From contig CAVYCN010000012.1 of assembly GCA_963767005.1 (NCBI GenBank), positions 1 to 64,000 on the forward strand: a stretch of DNA of 64,000 bases. The letters are read 5' to 3'. Within the stretch, counting starts at the first letter, position 1. Every line of letters starts with the position of its first letter. The notes beneath the pieces are model-generated. The model made no database searches, was not told where the DNA came from, and saw only the letters and a program-made list of their open reading frames with translations. The DNA is from an uncultured Actinomycetes bacterium (GTDB taxonomy: Bacteria; Actinomycetota; Thermoleophilia; UBA2241). Both the position numbers and the translations under genes were made by a program. Of this stretch, positions 37,243 to 46,501 are shown in pieces.

Positions 37243-38657
37243 GCCGCCCTCCCGATCAACGCCTCTGTCTCGGTCAGGACGGCGTCGGCGTGGTCTTCGT
37301 CCCAGATGCCCAGGGACCACGCCAGATCGGCCACGCTGAAGCGCTCGCGCATGAGGTGGCAGCTTGCCAGAGCCCAGCGCGCGGTGCCGGCGTCGACGGC
37401 CGGCTCGAGCTCGGAGAAGCGCAGCGGCGCGCCGGCGCTGCGCAGGGCGGCCACGAGGCTTTCGGGCTCGGCCAGCAGACCGCGCAGGGCGCGGTCGTGG
37501 CGGGCCCAGTCGGCGTCGAGCTCCGTCGCGCGGTGCTGCGCCGCGGCCCAGCGCGTGAGCTTGCGCTCGTAGTCGCGCCAGCACTCCGCGGCCATGGCGC
37601 CGCTCGCATCGAAAGCGGCGAAGGCAGCGCGCACCCGCGCGCGCGCCTCGTCGGGCGCGGCCACCCGCAGGCGGCGCAGGCCGCCTTCGGCCAGGGCCGC
37701 CAGGACGCGTCGCCAGACCACGGCGGCGCAGACGCTCGCCACGCCGACCTGGATGCCGTGCAGGTCGCCCTCGCCACCCTTGCGCGCGGCCGCCATGTCG
37801 ATGAGGTGACCGACCGTGTGCTCCATGCCGGAGCAGGGCGCCGTCGTGCCGGCGACGCCCATCGAGAGACCGCTCAGGGTGAGCGTGGCGGCGACGTCCT
37901 CGAGTGCCGCCGGGTCGGCGCCGCGCAGGCGCGGCGCCGCCTCGAGCAGGTCGTCGGCACGGTCCCGCGCGAGCGCGACGGCCGTCGGCGAGTAGAAGTC
38001 GTCCATGCCGAGCATGTTGGCCAGGTACCAGTCGGCCGGCGCCGTGAAGGTCGCGATCAGGTCGGCGAAGCCGGACACGTTGAGCCGCGCCGGCGCGTCG
38101 ACGAGCACGTCGGTGTCGACGACGAGGGCGTCGGCCCAGGTGGTCTCGGTCGTGCGCTTGACGCCGCTCACGAGCAGCACCGAGCGGTCGTCGGCAAAGC
38201 CGTTGACGCTCGTCGCCGTCTGCACGATCGCATACGGCGCGCGGTGGGCCACGGCGACGGCCTTGCCGATGTCGGCGACGGTCCCCGAGCCGACCGCGAC
38301 GACGCACATGGCGCCGACACTCGCCGCCACGGCGGCGGCCAGTGTCGGCTCGTCGGCGTGGACGGCGCCGCGCTCACCGACCGTCACCGGCCGCACCGTG
38401 AAGGCGCCGGACAGCAGCTCGTGGACGCAGGTGAGCAAGTCGCGGCCCCGGTACAGTTTGGGGACGGCATCAGACAGCACGGCGACCTCGCCGCCGGCGC
38501 GCGGGCCGCCGGGCAGGCCGGCCAGCGTGTCGGCGAGCCCGGCGAGGGCGCCCGCGCCCAGCGACGCGGTCGAGATCCCCGGCGGGCGCAGTCCGTCGCG
38601 CTCGGGAGCGGCCGCGAGCCGGCTCCGCACGGCGGAGAGATCGAACGGATGGCTCAT
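37239..38657 (-). CDS. sn-glycerol-1-phosphate dehydrogenase-like (EgsA/AraM; DHQS/Fe-ADH fold)
   Basis: GSGTVADIGK, TATSVNG, SGFADL, SGMEHTVGH, HGIQVG. Confidence 0.82.
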   Translation of the reverse strand: MSHPFDLSAVRSRLAAAPERDGLRPPGISTASLGAGALAGLADTLAGLPGGPRAGGEVAVLSDAVPKLYRGRDLLTCVHELLSGAFTVRPVTVGERGAVHADEPTLAAAVAASVGAMCVVAVGSGTVADIGKAVAVAHRAPYAIVQTATSVNGFADDRSVLLVSGVKRTTETTWADALVVDTDVLVDAPARLNVSGFADLIATFTAPADWYLANMLGMDDFYSPTAVALARDRADDLLEAAPRLRGADPAALEDVAATLTLSGLSMGVAGTTAPCSGMEHTVGHLIDMAAARKGGEGDLHGIQVGVASVCAAVVWRRVLAALAEGGLRRLRVAAPDEARARVRAAFAAFDASGAMAAECWRDYERKLTRWAAAQHRATELDADWARHDRALRGLLAEPESLVAALRSAGAPLRFSELEPAVDAGTARWALASCHLMRERFSVADLAWSLGIWDEDHADAVLTETEALIGRAA

Positions 38658-38689
38658 CGGCGCACCTTTCGCATTGCAGCTACAGCTTA

Positions 38690-38707
38690 TCATAAGACGT
38701 CAGATGA
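38690..38707. promoter_or_regulatory. palindromic candidate GntR/HutC operator
   Basis: TCAT-AA-GACGTC-AG-ATGA, about 30 bp upstream of the G1PDH-HAD-barrel-gntR-glpD run. Confidence 0.55.
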
Positions 38708-38804
38708 CTGCTGCCGCCCGTGCAGGGACGCCACGCCACCGACGCCGCGAGGCCAGCGGCCGACGGCCCTCCTCACTCGCACCTCGGGCGCGACGCGACG
38801 CCGG

Positions 38805-40262
38805 CTAGAGTGCCCGGACGCCCTCGACGTCGGCGAACACCGCGGCGAAGCGCTCGAGCGCCTCGTCTATGACCTCATCGGTATCGGCCATCGACGTGTA
38901 GATGCGCGAGCCGGCGAGCGTGACGATGCCGCTCGCCATGTAGGCCGCACCCATCTCCTCCATCATGTGCTTGCGCGGCTTCATGCCGCGGGCAAAGCGC
39001 ACCGGGTGGCGCAGGTCGAGGAGCATGACGCCCGACGTCTCCAAGTGCACGATCGAGCCCTGGTTGAAGGCGACGTAGGGCAGCTCACACCGCTCGATCA
39101 GGTCGTTCAGGCCCTTCGTCAGACGATCGCCGGCGCGGCCGGCGAGGCCCGGCGCGTTCGTGCGCTCCATCTCGAGCAGCGAGAAGTACCCGGCGGCACA
39201 CGACAGCGGGTTGGCGGAGAGGGTGCCGCCGACGTAGGCGCGCTCGCCGCTCTTGCCGCCGATGCCCGACGCGAAGCTCATCATGACGTCGCTGCGGCCG
39301 CCGACCCCGCCGGCCATCGGGTAGCCACCGGCGATGCACTTGCCGAACACGGTCAGGTCGGGCTTGACGCCGAAGAACCCCTGGGCGCCGCCGAGCCCGA
39401 GCCGAAAACCGGTGACGACCTCGTCGAAGATGAGGAGAGCGCCGAACTCGTCGCAGAGCTCGCGCACCCGGGCGTTGAACTCGAAGGACACCGGACGGGT
39501 GCCGCTCTCGGGGCCCACCGGCTCGACGATGACGGCGGCCGTGCCGCCCAGCAGGCGGTTCTGCGTGAGCTTGCGACGCAGCGCCTTCAGGTCGTTGGGG
39601 TAGACCTCACGCGTGCGCGCCGTCGCGCCGAACGGGATGCCCTTCGACTCGAAGCGCCAGGTGCCCGGCACGTGCAGGCCGTAGACCATCTGGTCGCTCC
39701 AGCCGTGGTAGGCGCCGCCGACCTTGATGACCTCCTTCTTGCCGGTGAAGGCGCGCGCTGCGCGGATCGCGGCCATCACCGACTCCGTGCCCGAGCCGAG
39801 CATGCGGAACATCTCGATCGCCGGCATGAAGCGGTTGACGAGCTGCGCCAGCTTGAGCTCGTACTCGTGGAACAGCCCCGTGACCGGGCCACAGTCCTGC
39901 AGCAGCTCGACGACCTTGTCGCGCACCGGCGCGTAGTTGCTGCCCAGCACGGTCGGACCGCCGGCCTGCAGGAAGTCGATGTAGCGGTTGCCGTCGACGT
40001 CCCAGAGGTAGGCGCCGTCGGCCTTCTCGATGGCGATCGGGAACGGGTAGTTGAACGCCAGGTTGTGCTGCACACCGCCGGGGATGTATTCCATGGCCTC
40101 GGCCGTGAGCGTCTTCGAGCGCGCGCACTTCGTCTCGAAGTAATCGAGGTACCCCTGCAGGGCGCTGGCCTTGAGCTTGCGCATGGGCTGGTCCACCAGC
40201 CGCGCGAGGGCGGCCGACACGGCCGCCACGTCGGGGTAGCTGCTGATCGCCGGCAGCGGCAC
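38805..40262 (-). CDS. class III aminotransferase (GSA-aminomutase-like); probably the C-terminal half of a frameshifted fusion
   Basis: DVDGNRYID, SGTES, YHGWSD, FDEVVTGFR, FGKCIAGG, GTLSANP; no RBS seen before its GTG. Confidence 0.88.
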   Translation of the reverse strand: MPLPAISSYPDVAAVSAALARLVDQPMRKLKASALQGYLDYFETKCARSKTLTAEAMEYIPGGVQHNLAFNYPFPIAIEKADGAYLWDVDGNRYIDFLQAGGPTVLGSNYAPVRDKVVELLQDCGPVTGLFHEYELKLAQLVNRFMPAIEMFRMLGSGTESVMAAIRAARAFTGKKEVIKVGGAYHGWSDQMVYGLHVPGTWRFESKGIPFGATARTREVYPNDLKALRRKLTQNRLLGGTAAVIVEPVGPESGTRPVSFEFNARVRELCDEFGALLIFDEVVTGFRLGLGGAQGFFGVKPDLTVFGKCIAGGYPMAGGVGGRSDVMMSFASGIGGKSGERAYVGGTLSANPLSCAAGYFSLLEMERTNAPGLAGRAGDRLTKGLNDLIERCELPYVAFNQGSIVHLETSGVMLLDLRHPVRFARGMKPRKHMMEEMGAAYMASGIVTLAGSRIYTSMADTDEVIDEALERFAAVFADVEGVRAL

Positions 40263-41080
40263 GGTGGCGGTCGCGGCGGCGGCCGGCTCGCGGCGGCGGC
40301 CGGCTCCGCCCCGGCGGCTCCCGGCGCCCCGCCGGCCGACACGGCGCCCGCGGCGCCGTCGCCGTCGCCCGACGGCGCCGCCGCGGCGGTCGCGACCTCG
40401 GCGGCCGCCTCGGCCTCCTGGGCGGCGAGCTTCTTCTGGTCGGCGCGCAGCCTGGCGAAGGCGATCTCGCGGATCGGCAACGGCACGGTGGCGGCCTTCT
40501 CGCCCGTCAGCAGCGTGAGCAGGTAGTCGAGCGCCACCTTCTCGAGCAGCGCCATGTTGTGGACGGCGCGCCCGACGTCGCCACCGAGCACGAGAACCCC
40601 GTGGTTGGCGAGGATGTAGGCGTTGTCGCCGCTTGCCAGGCGCGCCTTGACGCGCCGCTTGAGGAACGCCGTGCCCGAGGGCGCGTAGGGCACGATCTGC
40701 ACGCCGCGCCCGAGGAACATCACCTGCTCGTCGAAGAGCGCGGGGATGGGCCGGTGGATCAGGGCGAGCGCGCTCGCGTAGGGCTGGTGCGTGTGGATGA
40801 TGACGTTGACGTCGGGGCGCTCCTGGTAGACCGCGGCGTGCATGCCGGCCTCGATCGACGCCTTTCTCGTGCCGCTCACCCGGTGCTGCTCGAAGTCGAG
40901 GATGCAGATGTCCTCGGGCTGCATCTCGGCGTAGTCGTAGTTAGACGGTGTCACCGCAAACAGCGAGCGGCCCGGCACGCGCACCGACACGTTGCCCTCG
41001 GTCGCCTTGAGGTAGCCGCGGTCGAGGAGCCTGCGGCAGATCGAGACGACGAGCTCCTTCGACGATGCGTACTGGGACAC
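40263..41080 (-). CDS. class II aldolase/adducin domain (FucA/AraD fold) plus Ala/Gly linker; as assembled the frame runs on to 39776
   Basis: TEGNVSVR, TPS, SIEAGMH, IIHTH, LANHGV; AAGGAG RBS; out-of-frame-looking tail after the repeat. Confidence 0.88.
40273..40306. repeat. 17-bp tandem repeat at the aldolase/aminotransferase frame junction
   Basis: GCGGCGGCGGCCGGCTC x2 (40273-40289, 40290-40306). Confidence 0.9.
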
Positions 41081-41156
41081 TGCCGCTCCTTTCGACTCGG
41101 GCCCGGGGCCGGCGGGCGGGCGGGCGGGGCGCCTGCGGCGCCCCGCCCGCCGCGCC

Positions 41157-42479
41157 TCACTTGCCCCAGGCGCTCAGGAAGTCCCCCCAATAGGTCAATC
41201 GCGTGAAGTTGAGCTGCGTGCAGTAGTAGTCGAAGTCGACCCACTGCTCGAAGCTCGAGCCCCTGAGGGGCGGCGCCGGCGTCGCCGGCCAGAAGATGTC
41301 GATGCCGTGCACGGCGCCCTCGGCCTTCACGTGCCACTGCCAGAGCACGACCTTGCGCTCGGCCCGCAGCACCCTCGTGCAGTCGGCCTTGATCGTCGGC
41401 GACGCCACGTGCGCCCGCAGCAGCGCCGCGGCGCCGTACAGGTCGCGGACCTCAGGGTAGGTCTGGGGCGGCATGGCGGCGCGACGGCGCGCCGCGACGT
41501 AAGCGGCCTTGTGCCGGCGCAGCCCGCCCGCCAGGTCCCAGCCCAGGTCGCTCACCGCCGCGGCCAGCGCGTCCCAGTGGGTCCCGAGGCTCACCGCCGA
41601 AGCCGCCATGGTCCAGCGGTCGTGGCCCGTCTTCATGCTGCGGGCCGCGACGACGGCCAGGCCGGCCGCACTCATCGTGGGCGTGGCCTGCAGGGCGCTG
41701 AGGACGTTCTGGTAAGAGAATCCGGTGTAGCCGGTCGCGTCCTGGGAGCCGGCCATCGCGAGCGCGAAGCCGCGGAGCTGAGCCTGGACCTCGATCGTCT
41801 GGCTCAGACAGGTGTCCCAGCCGACCATGTCGACGCCGTGGACGGTCTCGAGGGCGTCGCGCAGCTCATCCATGTCGAGGTAGTCGCCGCTCGTCGCGTC
41901 CTCCATGGTGTTGCCCGGCCACCAGCCCCAGCCGTGGTCCCACAGGAACAGCGCGTAGTGCTGGGCCGGGTAGGCGGCGCGCGCCCAGTCGATAAAATCG
42001 ACGAGCGTCTGCGGCGATCCCATGTCCGTGTCGCCCCAGTCCGCCACGGCGTTGTCGGCCGTGGCCCTCATGCCCTTGGTAACGTGGAAGATCCGGGCCC
42101 CCGTCCACGAGCCGTCGGCGCTGTTGGGGAAGCGCCCGCGATCGGCCAGGGCAACGACCTGCACGTCGTCGTCGGAGCCGACCGCCGCCATCTCCTGGTC
42201 GATGTCGTGCGTGACCCACGGCTCGAGATCGAGGTCGGCCGGCGTCAGGTCCTGATCGCCGTCCATGTAGACCATCACCGTCCAGGCAGCCGTCGGCGCG
42301 GCGCTCGGCGCCGGCGTCTGGTCGGCCGCCGCCACACGGGGCGCGGCCGCGCTCAAGGCGAGCACCGCCGCGCTCGCGACGGTCACCGCGCAGACCCACG
42401 GCAGGAGGCCGGTCAGCCCACGACGCGGCCCGATCCCGGCCCGGTGAACGTGGAGCCGGTCCCGCTCGAAGAAGCCCAT
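41157..42479 (-). CDS. clostripain-like (peptidase C11) exported cysteine protease
   Basis: WTVMVYMDGD, DMGSPQTL.DFI.W....YPA.HY.L.LWDHG.G, GWDTC; hydrophobic signal. Confidence 0.85.
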   Translation of the reverse strand: MGFFERDRLHVHRAGIGPRRGLTGLLPWVCAVTVASAAVLALSAAAPRVAAADQTPAPSAAPTAAWTVMVYMDGDQDLTPADLDLEPWVTHDIDQEMAAVGSDDDVQVVALADRGRFPNSADGSWTGARIFHVTKGMRATADNAVADWGDTDMGSPQTLVDFIDWARAAYPAQHYALFLWDHGWGWWPGNTMEDATSGDYLDMDELRDALETVHGVDMVGWDTCLSQTIEVQAQLRGFALAMAGSQDATGYTGFSYQNVLSALQATPTMSAAGLAVVAARSMKTGHDRWTMAASAVSLGTHWDALAAAVSDLGWDLAGGLRRHKAAYVAARRRAAMPPQTYPEVRDLYGAAALLRAHVASPTIKADCTRVLRAERKVVLWQWHVKAEGAVHGIDIFWPATPAPPLRGSSFEQWVDFDYYCTQLNFTRLTYWGDFLSAWGK

Positions 42480-42585
42480 CGCCCCTCCTTCCGATCGCTC
42501 TCTGGCCGCCGGCCCGATCCGCGGTCGACGTCACGTCGCTCGTGACCATAGTGCAAGCGTGCGCGAGAGTGAAGCCGGACGCGCC

Positions 42586-44253
42586 TCACCGTACGGCGGG
42601 GAGCCGCCGCCGTGGACGGGCGCGCCTCGCCAGCTCGCGCGGCAGGACGCCGAGGAACCCCTGGACGGCGATCGTCCGGGCGGAGCGCCGCAGGCCGGCG
42701 GCATGGTCCAGGTAGAGGGGTGCCAGCACGACGCGGCGCTCCTCGAGCTGCGCCGTCGTCGCGCAGACCTCGACGTGCTCTATCTCCGCCAGCACGTCGG
42801 CGACCAGCCGCCGCTGCCATTCAGGGCGGGCGGCGCGTCGCTCCGCGATCGCCCGGCCGGCCCGCGCCCGGGCGGCGCGGCCGCGCTTGATGGCGAGCAG
42901 GGCGGTCGCGGTCCAGCCCATGGGCTCGTCGGGTACCATCTCGGTCGGCAGGCCGGCCGCGGCGCGCCCGAACAGGCGCGCCGCGTCCTCGGCGCCGAGG
43001 CGAGGGTCGATCACGCGGCCGGCGGCATCGACGGCGACGAACTCGAAGGCGCCGCCGAGCATGTTGGCGACATTCAGCAGGCGCGCCTCGAGCTCGTCAG
43101 CGAGCTCGTCGAGCCCCTCGCGGCGCAGGCCGCGCGCTGCGACGGCGGTGTCGACCGGCCAGACGTTCTCGTGATAGCTGCGAAAGCGCGGGTTGTGGTC
43201 GGACAGGCCACGGCCGCGCAGGCCGGCGTCGCTCAGCAGCTCCGGCGAGAAGAGCATGCGCACGACGCCGTCGACGAGCTCCGCGCGCCGGCCGGCCGGC
43301 AGGTCGTCGAAGAAGCCCGCGGCGAGCATCAGCCCCGGATCCGACTGGATCGAGCGCAGCAGGCGCCGCGAGCCGTCGGGCGCGCGGTCGATCGCGTGGC
43401 CGAAGAAGCGGCGCTCCGGCAGGCGGAACCGCTCGATCGTCGCGTCGCGCACGGTGTTCGCCAACGTCCGCAGCCGTTCGGGCGCGCGGATCCCGAGGTC
43501 GGCGGCGGCGGAGAGCGCCGCGACGGCAAGCACCTGCACGTCGAGGTAGGCCACCGGCCGCAGTACGTTCGGCATGCGACCGCGCTCGTCGCAGTTCGAC
43601 GTCGGACCGTCGCGCCAGACCTGCTGGAGCGCCAGCGGGTTCGACTGGCCGAGCTCCACCAGGCCGGCGTCGCTCACGTGCCCCTCGATCCAGCCGCAGG
43701 CGCGGACCGCGGCCTCGCCCAGCGTCGCCGCGGCACCGCCCGGCACCGGCAGGTCGAGGATGGCCCGGTCGCGCCGCGCGAGCGCGGCGACCAGCAGCAC
43801 GAAGAGCGGGGTCGAGTCGGAGGCGAAGTACGTCGTGTACCCCGCCGGTGTGCCGCCCCACAGCGGCGCGAGCACCAGGCCGAACACGGCCTTGAGCCAG
43901 AGCGGCGCCCGCCAGCCCAGCATGTCGCGGCGTTCGTTGTGGATGCGACCCGGCTCCTCCTCGGAGAGCGTGCGGTAGCGACGGCCCTGCAGCGCCGCGA
44001 GGGCGAGCGCCGTGTCGACGGCGGCGCGCGGCTCGATGTCGAGAAGATCGAACGCGGTCACGGCGCGGTCGCGCGCCCAGAGGCTGTGGTTGAAGAGCAG
44101 GCCGGCGCTCGTGTCGACGCCGGTGCCGTCACCGTCGCGCAGCATGGCCGCGACGAGCCGCCCGACCGCCGGCGGCGCCGCGGGGCGGTGGGGTCGGTCG
44201 CCGGCGCCGCCCGCCCCGTCGGGCGCCGGCGCCATGACGCGCGCGACGGTCAA
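42586..44253 (-). CDS. amylo-alpha-1,6-glucosidase / glycogen-debranching-like (alpha/alpha)6 GH
   Basis: LWARD, EEPGRIHNE, YFASDSTPLF, WRDG, SYHENVWPVDT, PMGWT. Start uncertain (44235 or 44253). Confidence 0.8.
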   Translation of the reverse strand: MTVARVMAPAPDGAGGAGDRPHRPAAPPAVGRLVAAMLRDGDGTGVDTSAGLLFNHSLWARDRAVTAFDLLDIEPRAAVDTALALAALQGRRYRTLSEEEPGRIHNERRDMLGWRAPLWLKAVFGLVLAPLWGGTPAGYTTYFASDSTPLFVLLVAALARRDRAILDLPVPGGAAATLGEAAVRACGWIEGHVSDAGLVELGQSNPLALQQVWRDGPTSNCDERGRMPNVLRPVAYLDVQVLAVAALSAAADLGIRAPERLRTLANTVRDATIERFRLPERRFFGHAIDRAPDGSRRLLRSIQSDPGLMLAAGFFDDLPAGRRAELVDGVVRMLFSPELLSDAGLRGRGLSDHNPRFRSYHENVWPVDTAVAARGLRREGLDELADELEARLLNVANMLGGAFEFVAVDAAGRVIDPRLGAEDAARLFGRAAAGLPTEMVPDEPMGWTATALLAIKRGRAARARAGRAIAERRAARPEWQRRLVADVLAEIEHVEVCATTAQLEERRVVLAPLYLDHAAGLRRSARTIAVQGFLGVLPRELARRARPRRRLPAVR

Positions 44254-44738
44254 GCGGCCGTGGCGCGGGCGGCGCGCGCCTGCTCGATCGCCGCGAGCAG
44301 CGCGTCCGGTTCGTCGCTGCCGATCGTGAAGGTGCGCCCCTCGGGCAGCGTCAGTTCCACCGCCCGGCGGCCCGAGACGTTGTACATCCAGCCGCCGGCG
44401 GTCTTGCGGATGCCCCAGCCGCGGTGCCAGGGCACGGTCACGACGGTGGCCGCCTCGACCTCGTCGAGGGCCACGCGGTGCGACAGCAGCCCACCGGCGA
44501 AGCCCACCGTCACGCCCTCGCCGTCGACCGTCACACGCTGCGTCGAAAACAGCCCCAGCGCGGTCCCCAGGACGATCGCGCGGGGCACCGACACCCAGGC
44601 CCAGCGCCGCTGCTTGCGCACGTCGCGTATCGCTTTGGCGAGTTGGGTGGCAAAGCCGACGGTGAGACCGGCGAGCGTCACGTAGCCGATCTGGGTGTGT
44701 CGATAGGGCAGGACGGCGTACTGCGCCTCGTGATCCAT
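44250..44738 (-). CDS. hypothetical membrane protein with PH-like C-terminal domain
   Basis: YRHTQ.G, two TMs, GWGIR..W.YNVSG..AVEL..IGSDEP..L..AI. Confidence 0.7.
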   Translation of the reverse strand: MDHEAQYAVLPYRHTQIGYVTLAGLTVGFATQLAKAIRDVRKQRRWAWVSVPRAIVLGTALGLFSTQRVTVDGEGVTVGFAGGLLSHRVALDEVEAATVVTVPWHRGWGIRKTAGGWMYNVSGRRAVELTLPEGRTFTIGSDEPDALLAAIEQARAARATAA

Positions 44739-44882
44739 GTCGTGACCCCCTGTCGTGTCGGTCCTCGCCGTGGCCAGCCTACAACCTGGCGGCCTCGATC
44801 GAGGCGTTGAGCGGAAGCGGCGCACCTCGCGGCCCGGCCGCGAGGTGCGCCGCTCCTTGCTTCCGGGTACGAAGATGGTGAG

Positions 44883-45719
44883 ATGGACGTCTTCTGGATC
44901 ATCGTCGTCGCGCTGATCGTCGCGCTCTGGCTGGTGCCCGTGCTGCTGCGGCGGCGGCGCTTGCGCCGCCGCCGCGCTCTGCTGCGCGTGCTGGAGCAGG
45001 CCCGCGGCTCACGGGTCGTCACCATGATCCATCGCCAGGAGTCGATGCGCTTCCTGGGGATCCCGTTCGGCGGCATGATCGACGTCGACGACGCCGAGCA
45101 GGTGCTGCGCGCCATCCGCCTGACCCCCGACGAGATGCCGATCGACCTGATCCTGCACACGCCCGGCGGTCTCGTGCTGGCCTCCGACCAGATCGCCTAC
45201 GCGCTCAAGCGGCACCCCGGCCGGGTCACCGTGATCGTGCCGCACTACGCCATGTCGGGCGGCACGCTCGTCGCCCTCGCGGCCGACCGCATCGCCATGG
45301 ACCGCGACGCCGTGCTCGGCCCGGTCGACCCGCAGCTCGGCGCCCTGCCGCACGGCTTCTGGCCGGCCGTCTCGATCCTCGCCGCCCTCGAGGCGCCCAA
45401 CCCCAACCGCAACGACCAGACGCTGATCATGGGCGACATGGCGCGCAAGGCGATCGACCAGGTCCACGACACGGTCCGCGAGCTGCTGCTCGACGAGCAT
45501 GGCCCCGACGACGCCGAGCGCATCGCCGCACTGCTCAGCCACGGCCGCTGGACGCATGACTTCCCGATCCGCTTCGATCACGCCACCGCGATCGGGCTGC
45601 CGGTGAGCGACGAGGTGCCGGCCGCCGTCTACGACCTCATGGCGCTGTACCCGCAGCGCGGGCAGCGCCGGCCGTCGGTCGAGTACGTTCCTGTGCCCTA
45701 CCAAAGCGACGGGTCCTGA
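44883..45719 (+). CDS. SDH-family Clp-fold serine protease (DUF114-like)
   Basis: HRQE, DLILHTPGG, AMSGGT, LGPVDPQ, WTHDFPI; N-terminal TM. Confidence 0.88.
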   Translation: MDVFWIIVVALIVALWLVPVLLRRRRLRRRRALLRVLEQARGSRVVTMIHRQESMRFLGIPFGGMIDVDDAEQVLRAIRLTPDEMPIDLILHTPGGLVLASDQIAYALKRHPGRVTVIVPHYAMSGGTLVALAADRIAMDRDAVLGPVDPQLGALPHGFWPAVSILAALEAPNPNRNDQTLIMGDMARKAIDQVHDTVRELLLDEHGPDDAERIAALLSHGRWTHDFPIRFDHATAIGLPVSDEVPAAVYDLMALYPQRGQRRPSVEYVPVPYQSDGS

Positions 45720-45984
45720 AGGTCCGCACGCCGGTCGCGAGGCGCGGAGCGCCCCGCCAGGTCGCCGCCGCCCGCACGCCCGTCCGCGGTCCCTCTTCCT
45801 CTGCGCGCGACGGCTAGATCAGGGCGACGCCGCGTAACGGTTTGCGCCACACGGTCTCGTGGTCAATGACCCTGCACGAAGGCCCGGACGCCGCCGCCAG
45901 GGGGCGCGCGAACGGCGCGCCGCGTGTGCGGGCGCGGGCGGCGGACGGCCGGCGAGCCGTACCCGCGAGCGGAAGGGAGACGCC

Positions 45985-46440
45985 ATGGCATTCAGTGACA
46001 ATCGCGTGAGGGTGATGCGTGCGGCCGGCGCCGCGAGCGCGGCGGCGCCGTACGTCAGGCGCATCGTGACCGACGACGAGCTGCGCAGCGACCTGCGCGC
46101 CCTCATGGCCGCGGCGCGGCACCTGTTCGAGGGGCTGGCCGAGAGCGGCCCGTCGAAGCTCCTCGACAACGACGTGCGCAAGGACCTCGACCGCATCATC
46201 GCGTCGCTGCAGGGCGCCGGCGACCGTGTCGTCCACGTCCGCCAGCGCGGCGCCTGGGGGCGCTGGGTGCTCGGCGGCGTCTTCATCGGCGGCGCCATCG
46301 CCGGCCTGCTGATCTACCCGACGACGCGCCGGCAGCTCATGCGGGCCGTCGGCATGAGCCAGGGCGACGCCTGGGTCGACACGGCCTCGGACAACGGCGC
46401 CGGCGCCGCGGAGCGCGACCGGACGCAGATGGCCGCCTGA
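45985..46440 (+). CDS. hypothetical membrane-anchored protein
   Basis: AAGGGAG RBS; PYVRRIVTDDELR helix; GGVFIGGAIAGLLIYP segment (YtxH-like). Confidence 0.65.
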   Translation: MAFSDNRVRVMRAAGAASAAAPYVRRIVTDDELRSDLRALMAAARHLFEGLAESGPSKLLDNDVRKDLDRIIASLQGAGDRVVHVRQRGAWGRWVLGGVFIGGAIAGLLIYPTTRRQLMRAVGMSQGDAWVDTASDNGAGAAERDRTQMAA

Positions 46441-46444
46441 GACA

Positions 46445-46491
46445 CGGGCGGGCGCCCGGGCCTGTCCCCCTCGGGCCCGGGCGCCCGCCCG
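46445..46491. terminator. GC-rich hairpin between convergent genes
   Basis: CGGGCGGGCGCCCGGGCC...GGCCCGGGCGCCCGCCCG. Confidence 0.6.
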
Positions 46492-46501
46492 CCGGGCGCG
46501 C

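Noticed and set aside
37239-38657. Archaeal-type ether lipid biosynthesis
   Set aside because: No GGGP or DGGGP synthase in the window; the context is catabolic.
38805-40262. hemL assignment
   Set aside because: The fold is GSA-aminomutase-like, but the context is sugar-phosphate catabolism, it appears fused to an aldolase, and no tetrapyrrole genes are nearby.
15893-44883. SigB/SigF regulon from GGGTA elements before the CAP, VOC, holin-like and Clp-fold genes
   Set aside because: The -10-like GGGTA is present, but I found no consistent -35 element or spacing.
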